From the NCBI GenBank assembly GCA_040766505.1, contig JAXGQJ010000009.1, positions 13,251 to 77,250 of the forward strand: DNA of 64,000 nt, in the 5' to 3' direction. Source of the DNA: Clostridiales bacterium (GTDB lineage: Bacteria > Bacillota > Dehalobacteriia > UBA7702). A model generated the notes under the pieces. The model had not been told where the DNA came from and did not search any database. It saw only the letters and a list, made by a program, of their open reading frames with translations. A program made the position numbers and the translations under genes. The stretch's first letter is position 1. Each line of letters begins with the position of its first letter. Positions 21,700-31,403 of this stretch are shown here, in pieces.

Positions 21700-21925
21700 T
21701 AGTGGTTATTATAGCCCCTCTCCAAGGGCTGTGGTACACTGTAGAGGATGCTGTGGATTGGTTGTTTCCTCCTACCACGAAGATGGTTCTTGAAAGGCTC
21801 CAACCACAGCCCTTTGCAGGTTTGTTAATCAGTTAGATACCGCCAGACGGTTTATGTAGAGCAAGGTTACAAGAGCAAAGAGTTCTGTGGATACAGCATC
21901 AAATATGACTGCCGGAGGTATCATC
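21700..21925 (+). ncRNA. candidate IS110 bridge-RNA region (5-prime non-coding end of the element)
   Basis: About 220 nt of non-coding sequence upstream of the transposase, with an 11-bp long-range pairing AAGGGCTGTGG (21724-21734) / CCACAGCCCTT (21804-21814). Confidence 0.3.
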
Positions 21926-23101
21926 ATGGTTTGTATCGGTATTGACGTTGCCAAGGACAAGCATGACTGCTTCATCCTCAACTCAGAGGGCGAAGTCCTC
22001 GCCGATGTATTCACCATCCCCAACAACATGGCGGGATTTCGCTGCCTGTTGGAAAGAATCCAAGCCTGCACCACAGCCCAAGACAAAATCAAAGTAGGAC
22101 TTGATATGAACCGACACTACAGCTACAACATCCTCGGGTTTCTTCTTGACAATGGTCTTCCCACCTATGTCCTGAACCCCCTGCACACCAACCTGTATCG
22201 GAAAAGCCTCAGCCTTAGAAAGACGAAGACCGACCGCGTTGACGCACGAACGATTGCGGCTATGCTCATGTCTGATATGGGCCTCAAGCCCTACACAGAC
22301 ACAGCATACCATAACGAGGAGCTAAAGTCACTAACAAGATACCGTTTTGACAAAGTGAAGGAGCGTGGAAAGCTCAAGCAATCTATTGCCCGTCTGGTCT
22401 GCATCCTGTTCCCTGAACTGGAAAAGCTGGTTTCGTCCCTCCATATGGCCTCCGTTTATGCGTTGCTGAGCGAGTTCCCCGGTGCGAAACAAATTGCGGA
22501 CGCACATCTGACACGGTTAAAGGCGCTCCTGTTGGAGTCCTCCAAAGGACACTACAAGCGGGATACGGCCATAGAAATCCGCGAAGCAGCCAAAGTCTCC
22601 ATTGGCTCCGTAATGCCGGCAAAGTCGCTGGAGCTGCGGCACACCATCCATCTCATTCGGGAATTGGACGCCGAGATTGAAGAAATTGAAGCCGCAATTC
22701 AGGCCATTATGGATGGGCTACGTTCTCCCATTACAACCATCCCCGGTATTGGCATCCGGATGGGTGCTATGATTCTGGCCGAGGTGGGAGACTTCTCTCG
22801 GTTTGATTCTCCCGATAAGGTGCTGGCATATGCCGGAATGTCGCCGTCTACTTACCAATCCGGCCAGCTTACAAATTGTTACGCCCATATGGAGAAGCGT
22901 GGCTCCAGATATCTGCGCTTTGCCCTTTACAATGCTGCAAAGTATGTCTGTCACTGGGATCCGGCTTTTGCCGCTTACCTCGATAAGAAACGGGCCGAAG
23001 GCAAGCATTACAACGTTGCCATCTCTCACGCTACCAAGAAGCTGGTGCGACTCATTTTTGCGCTGGAGAAATCCGGGGAGCCTTACCGCCCCGCAGTGTG
23101 A
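21926..23101 (+). CDS. IS110 family transposase
   Basis: MVCIGIDVAKDKHDCFIL (DEDD N-domain) and C-terminal YAGMSPSTYQSG. GGAGG RBS. 391 aa from M14 of the track ORF. Confidence 0.9.
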   Translation: MVCIGIDVAKDKHDCFILNSEGEVLADVFTIPNNMAGFRCLLERIQACTTAQDKIKVGLDMNRHYSYNILGFLLDNGLPTYVLNPLHTNLYRKSLSLRKTKTDRVDARTIAAMLMSDMGLKPYTDTAYHNEELKSLTRYRFDKVKERGKLKQSIARLVCILFPELEKLVSSLHMASVYALLSEFPGAKQIADAHLTRLKALLLESSKGHYKRDTAIEIREAAKVSIGSVMPAKSLELRHTIHLIRELDAEIEEIEAAIQAIMDGLRSPITTIPGIGIRMGAMILAEVGDFSRFDSPDKVLAYAGMSPSTYQSGQLTNCYAHMEKRGSRYLRFALYNAAKYVCHWDPAFAAYLDKKRAEGKHYNVAISHATKKLVRLIFALEKSGEPYRPAV

Positions 23102-23269
23102 CCGTCACTTATTTAGCTCGCAGGGTGTTCTATCGAGTGCCTGCTTTGCTATGCCCTTTTTGAACCACCTGCCTTTACACGGCTTTTCTCATTTTCAGGC
23201 TTGACTTTTAATAGTTAGTCTTTCATTCTGTCAGAAGTTGCGGCGCCGCTACCCCGGTTCGGGCGGCGG

Positions 23270-24058
23270 TTATACGTGGCCATAATATTCCCGATGGTTG
23301 ACAATGCTATAGGCATAGTCCAACAGGGTGCCCCAACTGAAAACCGGCAGATCCAATTGGCGCTGGATCGCCCTGGCGAAGGGCTGCATACCGGTGCATT
23401 CCAGCATGATGGCGCCGATTTCGGGGTTCTTTTCCACAAATTGTTCGGCGCAGGCGACCATTTGGGCTTCGGTCTTTTCATAATCGGCGGTGGGACATGC
23501 GGGACGCTTCAACGGATTCCAAAGATTGTCAAATTCTGTCACGCCGTATTCGTCCTGAGAACCGGCGACCAAAATCCGTGGCGACGGCTCCACGCCGACG
23601 GCCCTTAAATGCGCCTCGCTTAAAAATTGCTTTTGGGCGCAGATGATGCCGACGCTCTTTTGGGGGCCGATGATCTGTTGGATAAAAGGAATCTGCAATA
23701 AGCTCGACATGAAAACGGGCACGCCGGCGACGGCCGCCACATCCTTTTGGAAAAAGGCAAAATATCCGCATTCCGCCGCGATGGCGCGACAGCCGAGGCG
23801 TTCCAGCTTTTTGGCGGCGGACAGCACCGCCTCGCGGCATTGGGCCGGGTTATTATCGTATACCAGGGTTTGATTGGTTACGCCTTCCGCGATTTCATAC
23901 TGGATCGGATAAGGGAAGGCACTGGCATTGCGGACATCGCCGGGGAAACCGGGATAGGCATCGTTCAATAGGATGATGCCGATGCCCATGCCATAACAGA
24001 CGTGGTTCTTTCTGGCTTTGATCCGGCCGATGCCCATATCGCGATTTTGATATAGCAT
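23270..24058 (-). CDS. Asp/Glu/hydantoin racemase superfamily protein
   Basis: 262 aa with two Cys-containing motifs, AIAAECGYF and IMLECTGM, typical of two-thiol racemases. Intact. Confidence 0.65.
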   Translation of the reverse strand: MLYQNRDMGIGRIKARKNHVCYGMGIGIILLNDAYPGFPGDVRNASAFPYPIQYEIAEGVTNQTLVYDNNPAQCREAVLSAAKKLERLGCRAIAAECGYFAFFQKDVAAVAGVPVFMSSLLQIPFIQQIIGPQKSVGIICAQKQFLSEAHLRAVGVEPSPRILVAGSQDEYGVTEFDNLWNPLKRPACPTADYEKTEAQMVACAEQFVEKNPEIGAIMLECTGMQPFARAIQRQLDLPVFSWGTLLDYAYSIVNHREYYGHV

Positions 24059-24088
24059 CTCATCTCTCCTTTCTTTTTATAGCTCCCT

Positions 24089-25510
24089 TTATAGCGCAAA
24101 TTTTCCTTCCCATTTGGCAAGGATCGCTTCCCGCTCCTTATCCAGCGGCGTTTCTTCGCCGCCGATCACCTCTAAGGCCCGTTCCCGCATTTTCAGCGCG
24201 ACGTCGCTCTCATCGAGGTTCTTCATGCGGCGGGAGAAAAGCGAAGGATACCAGACGGAACGGAAGTTTTCCAAGGTATGGGGGTGGGTCATATATTCGC
24301 CGCCATGGCCCACTTCCCGGATGGTATCGAGCGCAAAATCCTCCTCTTCCACCCCGACCCCGGCGCTGTAATGGCGATAGGATTCGATCAGTTCATTGGC
24401 CAAAACGACGAGTTCCGGGCTGACGCTATTGCAATGGTCCATCACACCGACATCGTGCACGATATTGGCCTTGCTGAGCAAGGTGGAAAAAATTTGATAG
24501 GATATTTCAGAAACTGCCTGCACATCGACGGTTTTCGCGTCGGTGCAGCCGGCGGTGCCATAGAAGGGCAAGCCATAAGAGGCGACGAGATCGGCATGGG
24601 CGGCGATGCCGAGATGAAATTCCGGCGCGGCATAGCTGCCCACCGTCGTTTTCATATCGAAAACCGAGGGCATCGCGCCATAGATGAAGGGAGCCCCTTC
24701 CGACGCCAACTGGGTGAGAACAAGCCCCGCCAGGGCCTCCGCATTGCATTGGGCATAGGTGGCAGCCTTCGACATCGGCGCGGTGCCGCCCATCATGCAA
24801 TAGGGCATATAGACGAAGGGGATCCGATTTTCGGCGCTGATCAGCACCTTTTCCGTGCTTTCCAAGGGGTGGGTCAGGGGCGGAATCGGTTCGCAATAGT
24901 TAAAGATAAACGGTTTGTCCTGCAATTTGTCGAGCCCGCCGGCGAAATCGGCGGCGATGGCGATGCAATCCCGGAGGGATTCGATATCATTGCTGGAAAA
25001 ATTGATGGTCTTTTTCAGATGGCGCAGCGTTTCGATGAAGGTGCGCTGGGTCTGCACCCGGGGGTCCACATCCGCCGTCATGCCGACGGAGAGAACAAAG
25101 GAAATGTGCTCCATCGCATTGGCGATTTTGCACATCGACGCGATGTCGCTGTGATAGAAATTCCGCACGACGCCCTTCTCCGGCTCCACATATTGCAATT
25201 GGTCCGAGTGGGTGCCGAAATAGACCGGGTTCTTTTCATCGATGTGCATGATCACATCGCCGTCGCGGTTGTACAGATCGAGAACCTTGGGCGCTTTTTC
25301 GATGGCCCAGGCCGTCAACTTTTCCGGAATGAAAACGAGGCCCTCATTGTCCACGTCGGCGCCGGCTTTTTTAAAGAGGTTGAGGGCCCGTTCACCGGTG
25401 ACCCGCATACCGGTTTTCGTCATGATCTCGATGCTTTTGTCATGGATTTTATTGATCTGATCGCGGTTTAAAACATGAAATTCGATATTTCTTACGATCT
25501 CTTTGCTCAT
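24089..25510 (-). CDS. MttB-superfamily (non-pyrrolysine) methyltransferase, probable quaternary-amine:corrinoid methyltransferase
   Basis: 473 aa, uninterrupted (no in-frame amber codon). Length and overall sequence are characteristic of trimethylamine-methyltransferase-family proteins. Adjacent to a BCCT transporter. Confidence 0.75.
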   Translation of the reverse strand: MSKEIVRNIEFHVLNRDQINKIHDKSIEIMTKTGMRVTGERALNLFKKAGADVDNEGLVFIPEKLTAWAIEKAPKVLDLYNRDGDVIMHIDEKNPVYFGTHSDQLQYVEPEKGVVRNFYHSDIASMCKIANAMEHISFVLSVGMTADVDPRVQTQRTFIETLRHLKKTINFSSNDIESLRDCIAIAADFAGGLDKLQDKPFIFNYCEPIPPLTHPLESTEKVLISAENRIPFVYMPYCMMGGTAPMSKAATYAQCNAEALAGLVLTQLASEGAPFIYGAMPSVFDMKTTVGSYAAPEFHLGIAAHADLVASYGLPFYGTAGCTDAKTVDVQAVSEISYQIFSTLLSKANIVHDVGVMDHCNSVSPELVVLANELIESYRHYSAGVGVEEEDFALDTIREVGHGGEYMTHPHTLENFRSVWYPSLFSRRMKNLDESDVALKMRERALEVIGGEETPLDKEREAILAKWEGKFAL

Positions 25511-25579
25511 CTTTCCTCCTCGGCGGGAAGGGAGCGCCGCGGGCCTCCCTTGCTGCCAACCTGAAGCGGGAACACCGCT

Positions 25580-26791
25580 TTATTTTGAAATGCCTTCCCG
25601 CAGATATGCGTTCATCTCTTCCTTCGTCATGTCGCCAAGGCCGAGATAATCCAGGGTATAGCCTTCCGCATAGAAATCCCTTCCAAATCGCGGATACCAG
25701 ATTGATCATCGAATCGATCACCGGGGTTTTGACACCGAACTTTTTCCCCAATTCATGGTAGAGGTGGCAGCCGACGGGGATGTCCTCGGTGATATAGCGG
25801 TTTTCCATCGTGAAGGGGCCGGTGCCGTATTGGATATAGTCTTGCTGGTCAAAGGGATTTTGTACTCTTTGCCCATATATTCCTGGCCGAGAACATTCTC
25901 TCTAGAGAAAAGTCTTCCTTATCGTAGGGCTGGATGCCGACGCCGACGGCCTGCGCCAATGCACATTCTTCCTGATAGAAGGTGTACTGCACCTGAGAAA
26001 TGGAGGGGCAATAGGCATGGGAATAGATGCTGTAATCGTATTTGTTTTCGCCGTAGATCACGCCCCAGTTTTCCATCGTGCTGACCCCCAGGATCGTGCC
26101 GGGGCAGTGGAGAACCGGGTTCACATTGCTGAAGCCGATGTCGAGAACGGTATCGCCGGCAACGGCGCCGTCGCCCTTCGTCACCGCGTCCATGGAAGGC
26201 AGACAATTGGCGCTCTCAATGAAGTCCGCCGTATCGCAGGCCGGCATCGCCGCGCCTCGCAGGGTGATGGCCCGGTAGTAAACGCGGATCTTAGGCAGGA
26301 CGACGCCGCCTTTGACCTCTACGCGGCTGCCATAGGTGGAGGAAGACCAACCGCCGATGATAACCTTTTTGTCACAGCCGGCTTCTTTCATCATCTTTCT
26401 TAAAAGCAGGCTGCCGTAATTGTCGGGGAACAGGTGGACAACTTGGCCGTCTTCCAGCGCGGGGATCAGCTTTTCGAAGAAGGGTTTGTAGCCCAAAGTG
26501 GTGGTGCCGATCACGATTAGCCGGCGCCTTTAACGGCTTGGGCCACGTCGGTGGTGACCAATTCCATCTGGGCTTGGCCATGCCGTTCAAAACCGTAGAG
26601 ATTTAATTGGTCGCCAAAAATTTGATGCCGGTTTCCTCAACGCCAAACAGGGTTTTGTCCGAGAAAGGGGGCAGATCGCAGATGCGCACTTTGGCGCCGC
26701 CTAAGGCGCAGTCGGCGGCGATCGCTTTTGATACGGCGCCGGCCCCCAAAACCGCGATGGGTTTCTCCCGTAGATAATTAAACTTGCTCAT
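25580..26791 (-). pseudogene. NAD(P)-dependent opine (octopine/nopaline) dehydrogenase family protein, at least 3 frameshifts
   Basis: N-terminal Rossmann KPIAVLGAGAVSKA (ORF 26603..26791), a middle part (25849..26514), and the octopine-DH motif RYITEDIPVGCHLYHELGKKFGVKTPVIDSMINL (25449..25808). Confidence 0.7.
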
Positions 26792-26849
26792 TTGATTGAA
26801 CCTCCTACATTTTACCCGATAGAGTTTTATTCGCTTTGCTTAGTATAAA

Positions 26850-26865
26850 AGCAAAAACCATACCA
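26850..26865 (-). promoter_or_regulatory. sigma-54 (-24/-12) promoter of the opine-DH / mttB / racemase operon
   Basis: On the minus strand: TGGTATGGTTTTTGCT (TGG..A.G-N4-TTGCT, correct GG/GC spacing), about 60 nt upstream of the ATG at 26791. Confidence 0.65.
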
Positions 26866-26996
26866 AAAATTCCAAACACGAAAAAATAAAATAATTGAAC
26901 CATAAAACAGGAAAGCACGGAAAATCCGACAAAAAACAGGCCTTTTCATTTTTTCCGATCCATGATAGAATGAAAACAATTTCAAGTGAAAAGGAA

Positions 26997-27045
26997 TTTT
27001 GCGCCACATATCTTTGCGCGCAAAAATACTTAGTTATTTTGCGCC
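26997..27045. promoter_or_regulatory. candidate enhancer (UAS) repeats for the sigma-54 activator
   Basis: TTTTGCGCC (26997-27005), the palindrome TTGCGCGCAA with GCGCAAAA (27014-27025), and a second TTTTGCGCC (27037-27045). They lie 130-190 nt upstream of the -24/-12 element. Confidence 0.45.
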
Positions 27046-27089
27046 AAAGACAAAATTTCCATTCCAACCTTAGAGGGGGTGTTCGTTCC

Positions 27090-28549
27090 GTGGCAAAAGC
27101 AAATGCCGCAACCAGCGCCGAAGCTGCGATGTCTCTTGAAAATATGCTGGATATATTGGATCTTTGCATCCAAGCCATCGATGCCCGGGGCAATATCACC
27201 TACTATTCCCGGGGCGTGGAAATCATGGAGGGTTTAAAGAAAGAGGATGTTTTGGGCCGCAATCTGACGGAAATCTATAAAGAGGAAAAAGAGGACCGCA
27301 TCAGCGCCCGGAACAGCATCATGATGCAGGTATTGGAGAGAAAGCGCCCCGCTCTCGGCCAATATATGTTCTACTATATCGGGGGGCGGCGCTTCAATGT
27401 GATCACCGATGTCTATCCGGTTTTTGACGGCGAGGAGCTGGCCGGGGCCATCGCGCTGTTCCGGGATGTGGCGAAGGCGAAATCCATCGCCCACGACATC
27501 ATTGAAATGGAGCGTAAACTGCTTCTACAGGGGAACAAACCCACCGACCATTCCCTTTACCGCCTCGACGATATCATTTGGGGCAGCGAAAAAATGGCGG
27601 AGCTGATCGAGATGGCGAAAAAAATGGCGGCCACCAATATGCCGGTGATGGTCGAGGGCAAAACCGGCACCGGCAAGGAATTGTTCGCCCAGGGCATTCA
27701 CAGCCAAAGCCCCTTTGCCGGCGGCCCCTTTGTCGCCATCAATTGCGCCGCCATTCCGGAAAACCTGATGGAAAGCATCCTGTTTGGCACCAGCAAAGGC
27801 GCCTTTACCGGCGCGATGGACAAGCCGGGGCTTTTGGAGGAGGCGGGAAACGGCACCCTCTTCCTGGACGAAATCAATTCTATGCCGATCCATCTGCAAA
27901 GCAAATTGCTGCGGGTGCTGCAAACCCGAAGGTTTTTGCGCCCGGCGGCAATAAGGAAATTTTCTTTCATGCCCGGATCGTCAGCGCCATCAACATCGAC
28001 CCCCGGGAGGCGGTGCAAAACAACCAGCTTAGGGCCGACATCTATTATCGTTTGGGCACCCTGGCGCTGTCCCTGCCGCCTTTAAAGGACAGGCCCGCCT
28101 GCATCCCGCCTCTGGCGGAGCATTTCATCCAAAAGGCCGACCTGACCCTGGGGAAACACATCCATGGCATCACCGATGATGCGATGGAGGTTTTCCGGGA
28201 TCACGATTGGCCCGGCAATGTACGGGAAATGGAGCATGTGATCGCCTATGCCATCGCCCTCTCCGATTTCGAGCAGACGGAGATCAGCTTCGACCTGCTG
28301 CCCCCCTATCTCAAGCGAAAATACCGGCTGCCCATCATCACCACGAAAGTTTCCGCCGAGGAGGAAAACGCCACCCTCCAAGAATACCTGCACGGTTGCG
28401 AAAAACGGCTGATTATGGAAAAGGCGCGGCATCACAATGGCAATATGACCAAAATCGCCGCCGCCCTCGGCATCTCCCGCCAGAACCTGCAATACAGGGT
28501 GCGGCGGTTGCAAATCCAACCGACCAAGATGAAGGAAGAAGAAATTTGA
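27090..28549 (+). pseudogene. sigma-54-dependent transcriptional activator (PAS + AAA+ + Fis-type HTH), one frameshift near 27935
   Basis: PAS-like N-terminus, Walker A GKTGTGKELFA, the sigma-54 contact loop GAFTGA, and C-terminal HNGNMTKIAAALGISRQNLQYRV. Split between ORFs 26895..28085 and 27578..28549. GTG start after a GAGGGGG RBS. Confidence 0.85.
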
Positions 28550-28684
28550 TTCCCGGGCAAAATACGGCCACGGCATTGCGGCCTAAACCGGAAAAATGCG
28601 TTTGACCGCAACCGCGCAAAGGTACGCGGGGAAACGGACAAACGCATTTTTCGAACGCCGCCGACCATGGGCGAAGCTTGGGGA

Positions 28685-30103
28685 TTATTCCCGGACGGCC
28701 TCGACCGCCCCTCTTCCATCCCCAGCGCCGTCATTTGCCGGATCATCTCTTTGTCTACCGCGTCGGGCAGGCCCGGCGGTATATGAGACGACAGCATTTG
28801 CCCAAGGCGGTCTTCAATTAAGCCCCGGTATTTCTCCCTTCGTCGCCGTCGAAAGCGCCGGAAAGATTGATGGCCGGCAAGAAGCTCCCGCCCCGCAAAT
28901 GCTGAAACGTGTGCATCGCGCTCATAAATTCACCGCCGATGCCCGCCTCCGAAATGGCGTCATAGGCCAGGGTGTCGTCGTTCACCGCCACATCGCCGAG
29001 GAAGCGGCGCACCATGGCGATGATTTCCGTATCGATGATGAACTTTTCATAGGAAAAGCTCTGGTAACCGTCGACGATGCCGCTGCTCTGGAAGATCATA
29101 TTCGTCCCCGCCTGGGCGGTGGCGAGCAGGGTGAGCATACTTTCATAACCGGCCTGGGCCGTCATGGTTTTCGCGTCGGTCAGGCTGCCGCCGCCGCGAC
29201 AGGGCAGTTTGTGGTATTTCGCCAGTTTGGCGCCGTAAGCATAGCAGAGGGCCCCTCCGGCGAACCGATGGTGATGGCGCCGGTTTTCATATTGGCATTG
29301 GTGGTTTGGCTGCCATAGACCACCGGCGTTCCCGGTTGGATCATCTGGGCCACGGCGATGCCGGCCAAAATCTCCGCATTGGTCAGGGCCAGGGTGCCGG
29401 CGAGGGTGATCGGGGAGGTTGTCCCCGCCATCCCGGCGGCGGCGATGACCACGGCCTGGCGGTTCTCGGCGAAAACATGCAAGGTTTCCAACATTTTACC
29501 GTCAAATTGCAGCGGCGTATTGGAATTGATGATCGTGACCAGCCGGGGCTTTTCCTTCAGTTTTTCCCTGCCGCCATAGGCGGTGGCGGCGATCTCCATC
29601 AGCCGCTCCATCTCTTCCCGGCTGCCGGTGGCGGTCACCTGCACTTTGTCGGAATGATAGCGGGACGCATAGAAGAGCAGCGACTGGTAAAAGCCGGGGC
29701 CGTCCTTGGGCTGTATCAGCAAGCCGCCATTGATATGATAGGCGTCGCTGCCATTGTAGAGCTTTGCGATTTTGACATAATCTTCCATCCGGCCGGGCCG
29801 ACGGCGGCCCTGCCAGTCGGCGACGGTAGACGGGCCGGAGCAGGGGCAAAACCAGACATTGTCGCCGCCGACCTCCATTTGCCAGCGGTCGCTCCCGCCT
29901 GCCAATGTAAAGGTTTGCGGCGCTTGGCCCAGCCAATGCAGCAGTTCCTCTTCCCGGAAAAAGACCCGGTTGCCATCGCAGCGCAGCCCATGGCCTTTCA
30001 CGATCGCCAATACCGCGGGACAATGGAGCGCAATGCCGGTTTCCGCCAGGATTTTATAGGAAGCCTCCTCGATTTGCCGTATATTTTCCGTTTCCCTATC
30101 CAT
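28685..30103 (-). pseudogene. second MttB-superfamily methyltransferase paralogue, at least 3 frameshifts
   Basis: ORF 29180..30103 plus ...ALCYAYGAKLAKYHKLPCRGGGSLTDAKTMTAQAGYES... (frame change at a GGGG/CCC run near 29250), then ORF 28818..29165 and a C-terminal piece. The breaks are frame changes rather than an amber codon. Confidence 0.65.
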
Positions 30104-30140
30104 GGTTTTCCTCCCTTTGTTTTCACTTGGTTGTTTTTAT

Positions 30141-30156
30141 AGCAAATTCGGTGCCA
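30141..30156 (-). promoter_or_regulatory. consensus sigma-54 promoter of the second mttB paralogue
   Basis: On the minus strand: TGGCACCGAATTTGCT (TGGCAC-N5-TTGCT), about 40 nt upstream of the ATG at 30103. Confidence 0.75.
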
Positions 30157-30162
30157 AAGGAG

Positions 30163-30201
30163 AAAAAAAGCCGGACCCGGCGAAAGTGCGCAGGATCCGG
30201 C
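30163..30201 (-). terminator. rho-independent terminator of prsA
   Basis: GCCGGATCC...GGGTCCGGC stem followed by T7 on the minus strand. Confidence 0.6.
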
Positions 30202-30246
30202 CTTTTGGGCCATGAGCGGGCAACCGTTCCCGCAATGGAGCGGAAC

Positions 30247-31356
30247 TTATGGTGTCCCTTCGTCGGCGGCGCCGTCAGCGGCGGCGGGATCCTCATTGGC
30301 CGCGCCGTCACCGGCTTCGTCTTCTTCGGTGGCGCCATCGTCGGCGGGGGTTTCCTCATTCAGCCGCTCGATCACCGCCGCGCTTTGCTTTTCGGTAATA
30401 AAGGTATTGAAGGCATTGGTCCGCTCTTCTTCCAACTTGGTGTCTTTAATGATTTGCAGCATCGCCGCCATATCGCCGCTGTCCTGCTTCGCCGTTAAAA
30501 GGATGATGTGATAGCCAAATACGGTTTTTACCGGCGCCGCCGTATAATCGCCAACCTTTTCCAGGGCAAAGGCGGCGGCGACAAATTCTTCAACATAGCC
30601 GCTGCCTTCCCGCGTGAAGGGGGCGCCGAGGGCCCCGCCGTTCACCGCGGTATTCTCGTCGCCGGATTCCTTCTCCGCCAATTTGGCAAAGTCGCCGCCG
30701 TCGTCGAGTTCCTTGATGATTTCTTCGGCCCTGGCTTTCGCCGCGGCCCATTCTTGATCGGTAAAAACAGGTTGGCCGTTTTCATCGGTTTCCAGCTCTT
30801 CGCCTTCCGCCGCTTCCGTGGCGGAAACAGGCCCGATCAGAATATGGGACACTTCCCGAGTATTCCAAGCATTGATATCCGCCTCATACAGGGCCTGCGC
30901 TTCCTCATCGCTCAGCGTCGATTCCGGCACCAGATTTTCGGAAATCCGCTCTTGTAACAGGCTTACGGTCGCGCCATTCAAGAAATAGTCCTCGCTGAGG
31001 CCAAGCTGGCTGATGGTGTTCAGGCCGGTTTTCGCGTCGCCATAGGAAAGGGCCAACTGCTCTTCAAAATAAGCCCGCTTTTCCTTTTTCGTCGGCATCA
31101 CGCCCAATTCGTCCGCCGCCTGCCGCAGAACCTCACGGTAGATCATCTCTTCCATGACATAGGATTGCAATTGGGGCAGTTCTTCCGCGGTGATTTCAAT
31201 CCCTTGGGCCTCATAAATCGCCAAAACGTCGTCTAAAAATTGCTGGTACTCTTTCATGCTGATCTGCTGGCCATTGACGGTGGCGACGGGATTGCCGCAA
31301 CCGGCCAGAGACAGGGCGAATGCCAGCGTTAGAATCAAGACCAATAATTTTCTCAT
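30247..31356 (-). CDS. prsA: foldase lipoprotein / peptidyl-prolyl isomerase (PrsA/SurA-like)
   Basis: Signal peptide with lipobox LSLAGC. Parvulin motifs VSHILI and FGYHIILL. Acidic low-complexity tail. Confidence 0.8.
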   Translation of the reverse strand: MRKLLVLILTLAFALSLAGCGNPVATVNGQQISMKEYQQFLDDVLAIYEAQGIEITAEELPQLQSYVMEEMIYREVLRQAADELGVMPTKKEKRAYFEEQLALSYGDAKTGLNTISQLGLSEDYFLNGATVSLLQERISENLVPESTLSDEEAQALYEADINAWNTREVSHILIGPVSATEAAEGEELETDENGQPVFTDQEWAAAKARAEEIIKELDDGGDFAKLAEKESGDENTAVNGGALGAPFTREGSGYVEEFVAAAFALEKVGDYTAAPVKTVFGYHIILLTAKQDSGDMAAMLQIIKDTKLEEERTNAFNTFITEKQSAAVIERLNEETPADDGATEEDEAGDGAANEDPAAADGAADEGTP

Positions 31357-31403
31357 TCCCCTTCTTAAATCCGCCTTTCATAGTTTTCTTACTTTACTAA
31401 GTA

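Larger units (their letters stand above)
21700..23220 (+). mobile_element. IS110-family insertion sequence (boundaries approximate)
   Basis: A lower-GC block holding one DEDD-type transposase, with no obvious terminal inverted repeats (typical of IS110). It sits between the racemase-like gene and the BCCT gene. Confidence 0.7.

Noticed and set aside
24089-30103. Pyrrolysine (in-frame amber) encoding in the MttB-family genes
   Set aside because: MttB-1 is a single uninterrupted ORF. MttB-2 is interrupted by frame changes (for example the ORF ending at 29180 stops at TGA after a frameshift near 29250), not by an in-frame TAG. No pyl genes are in the window.
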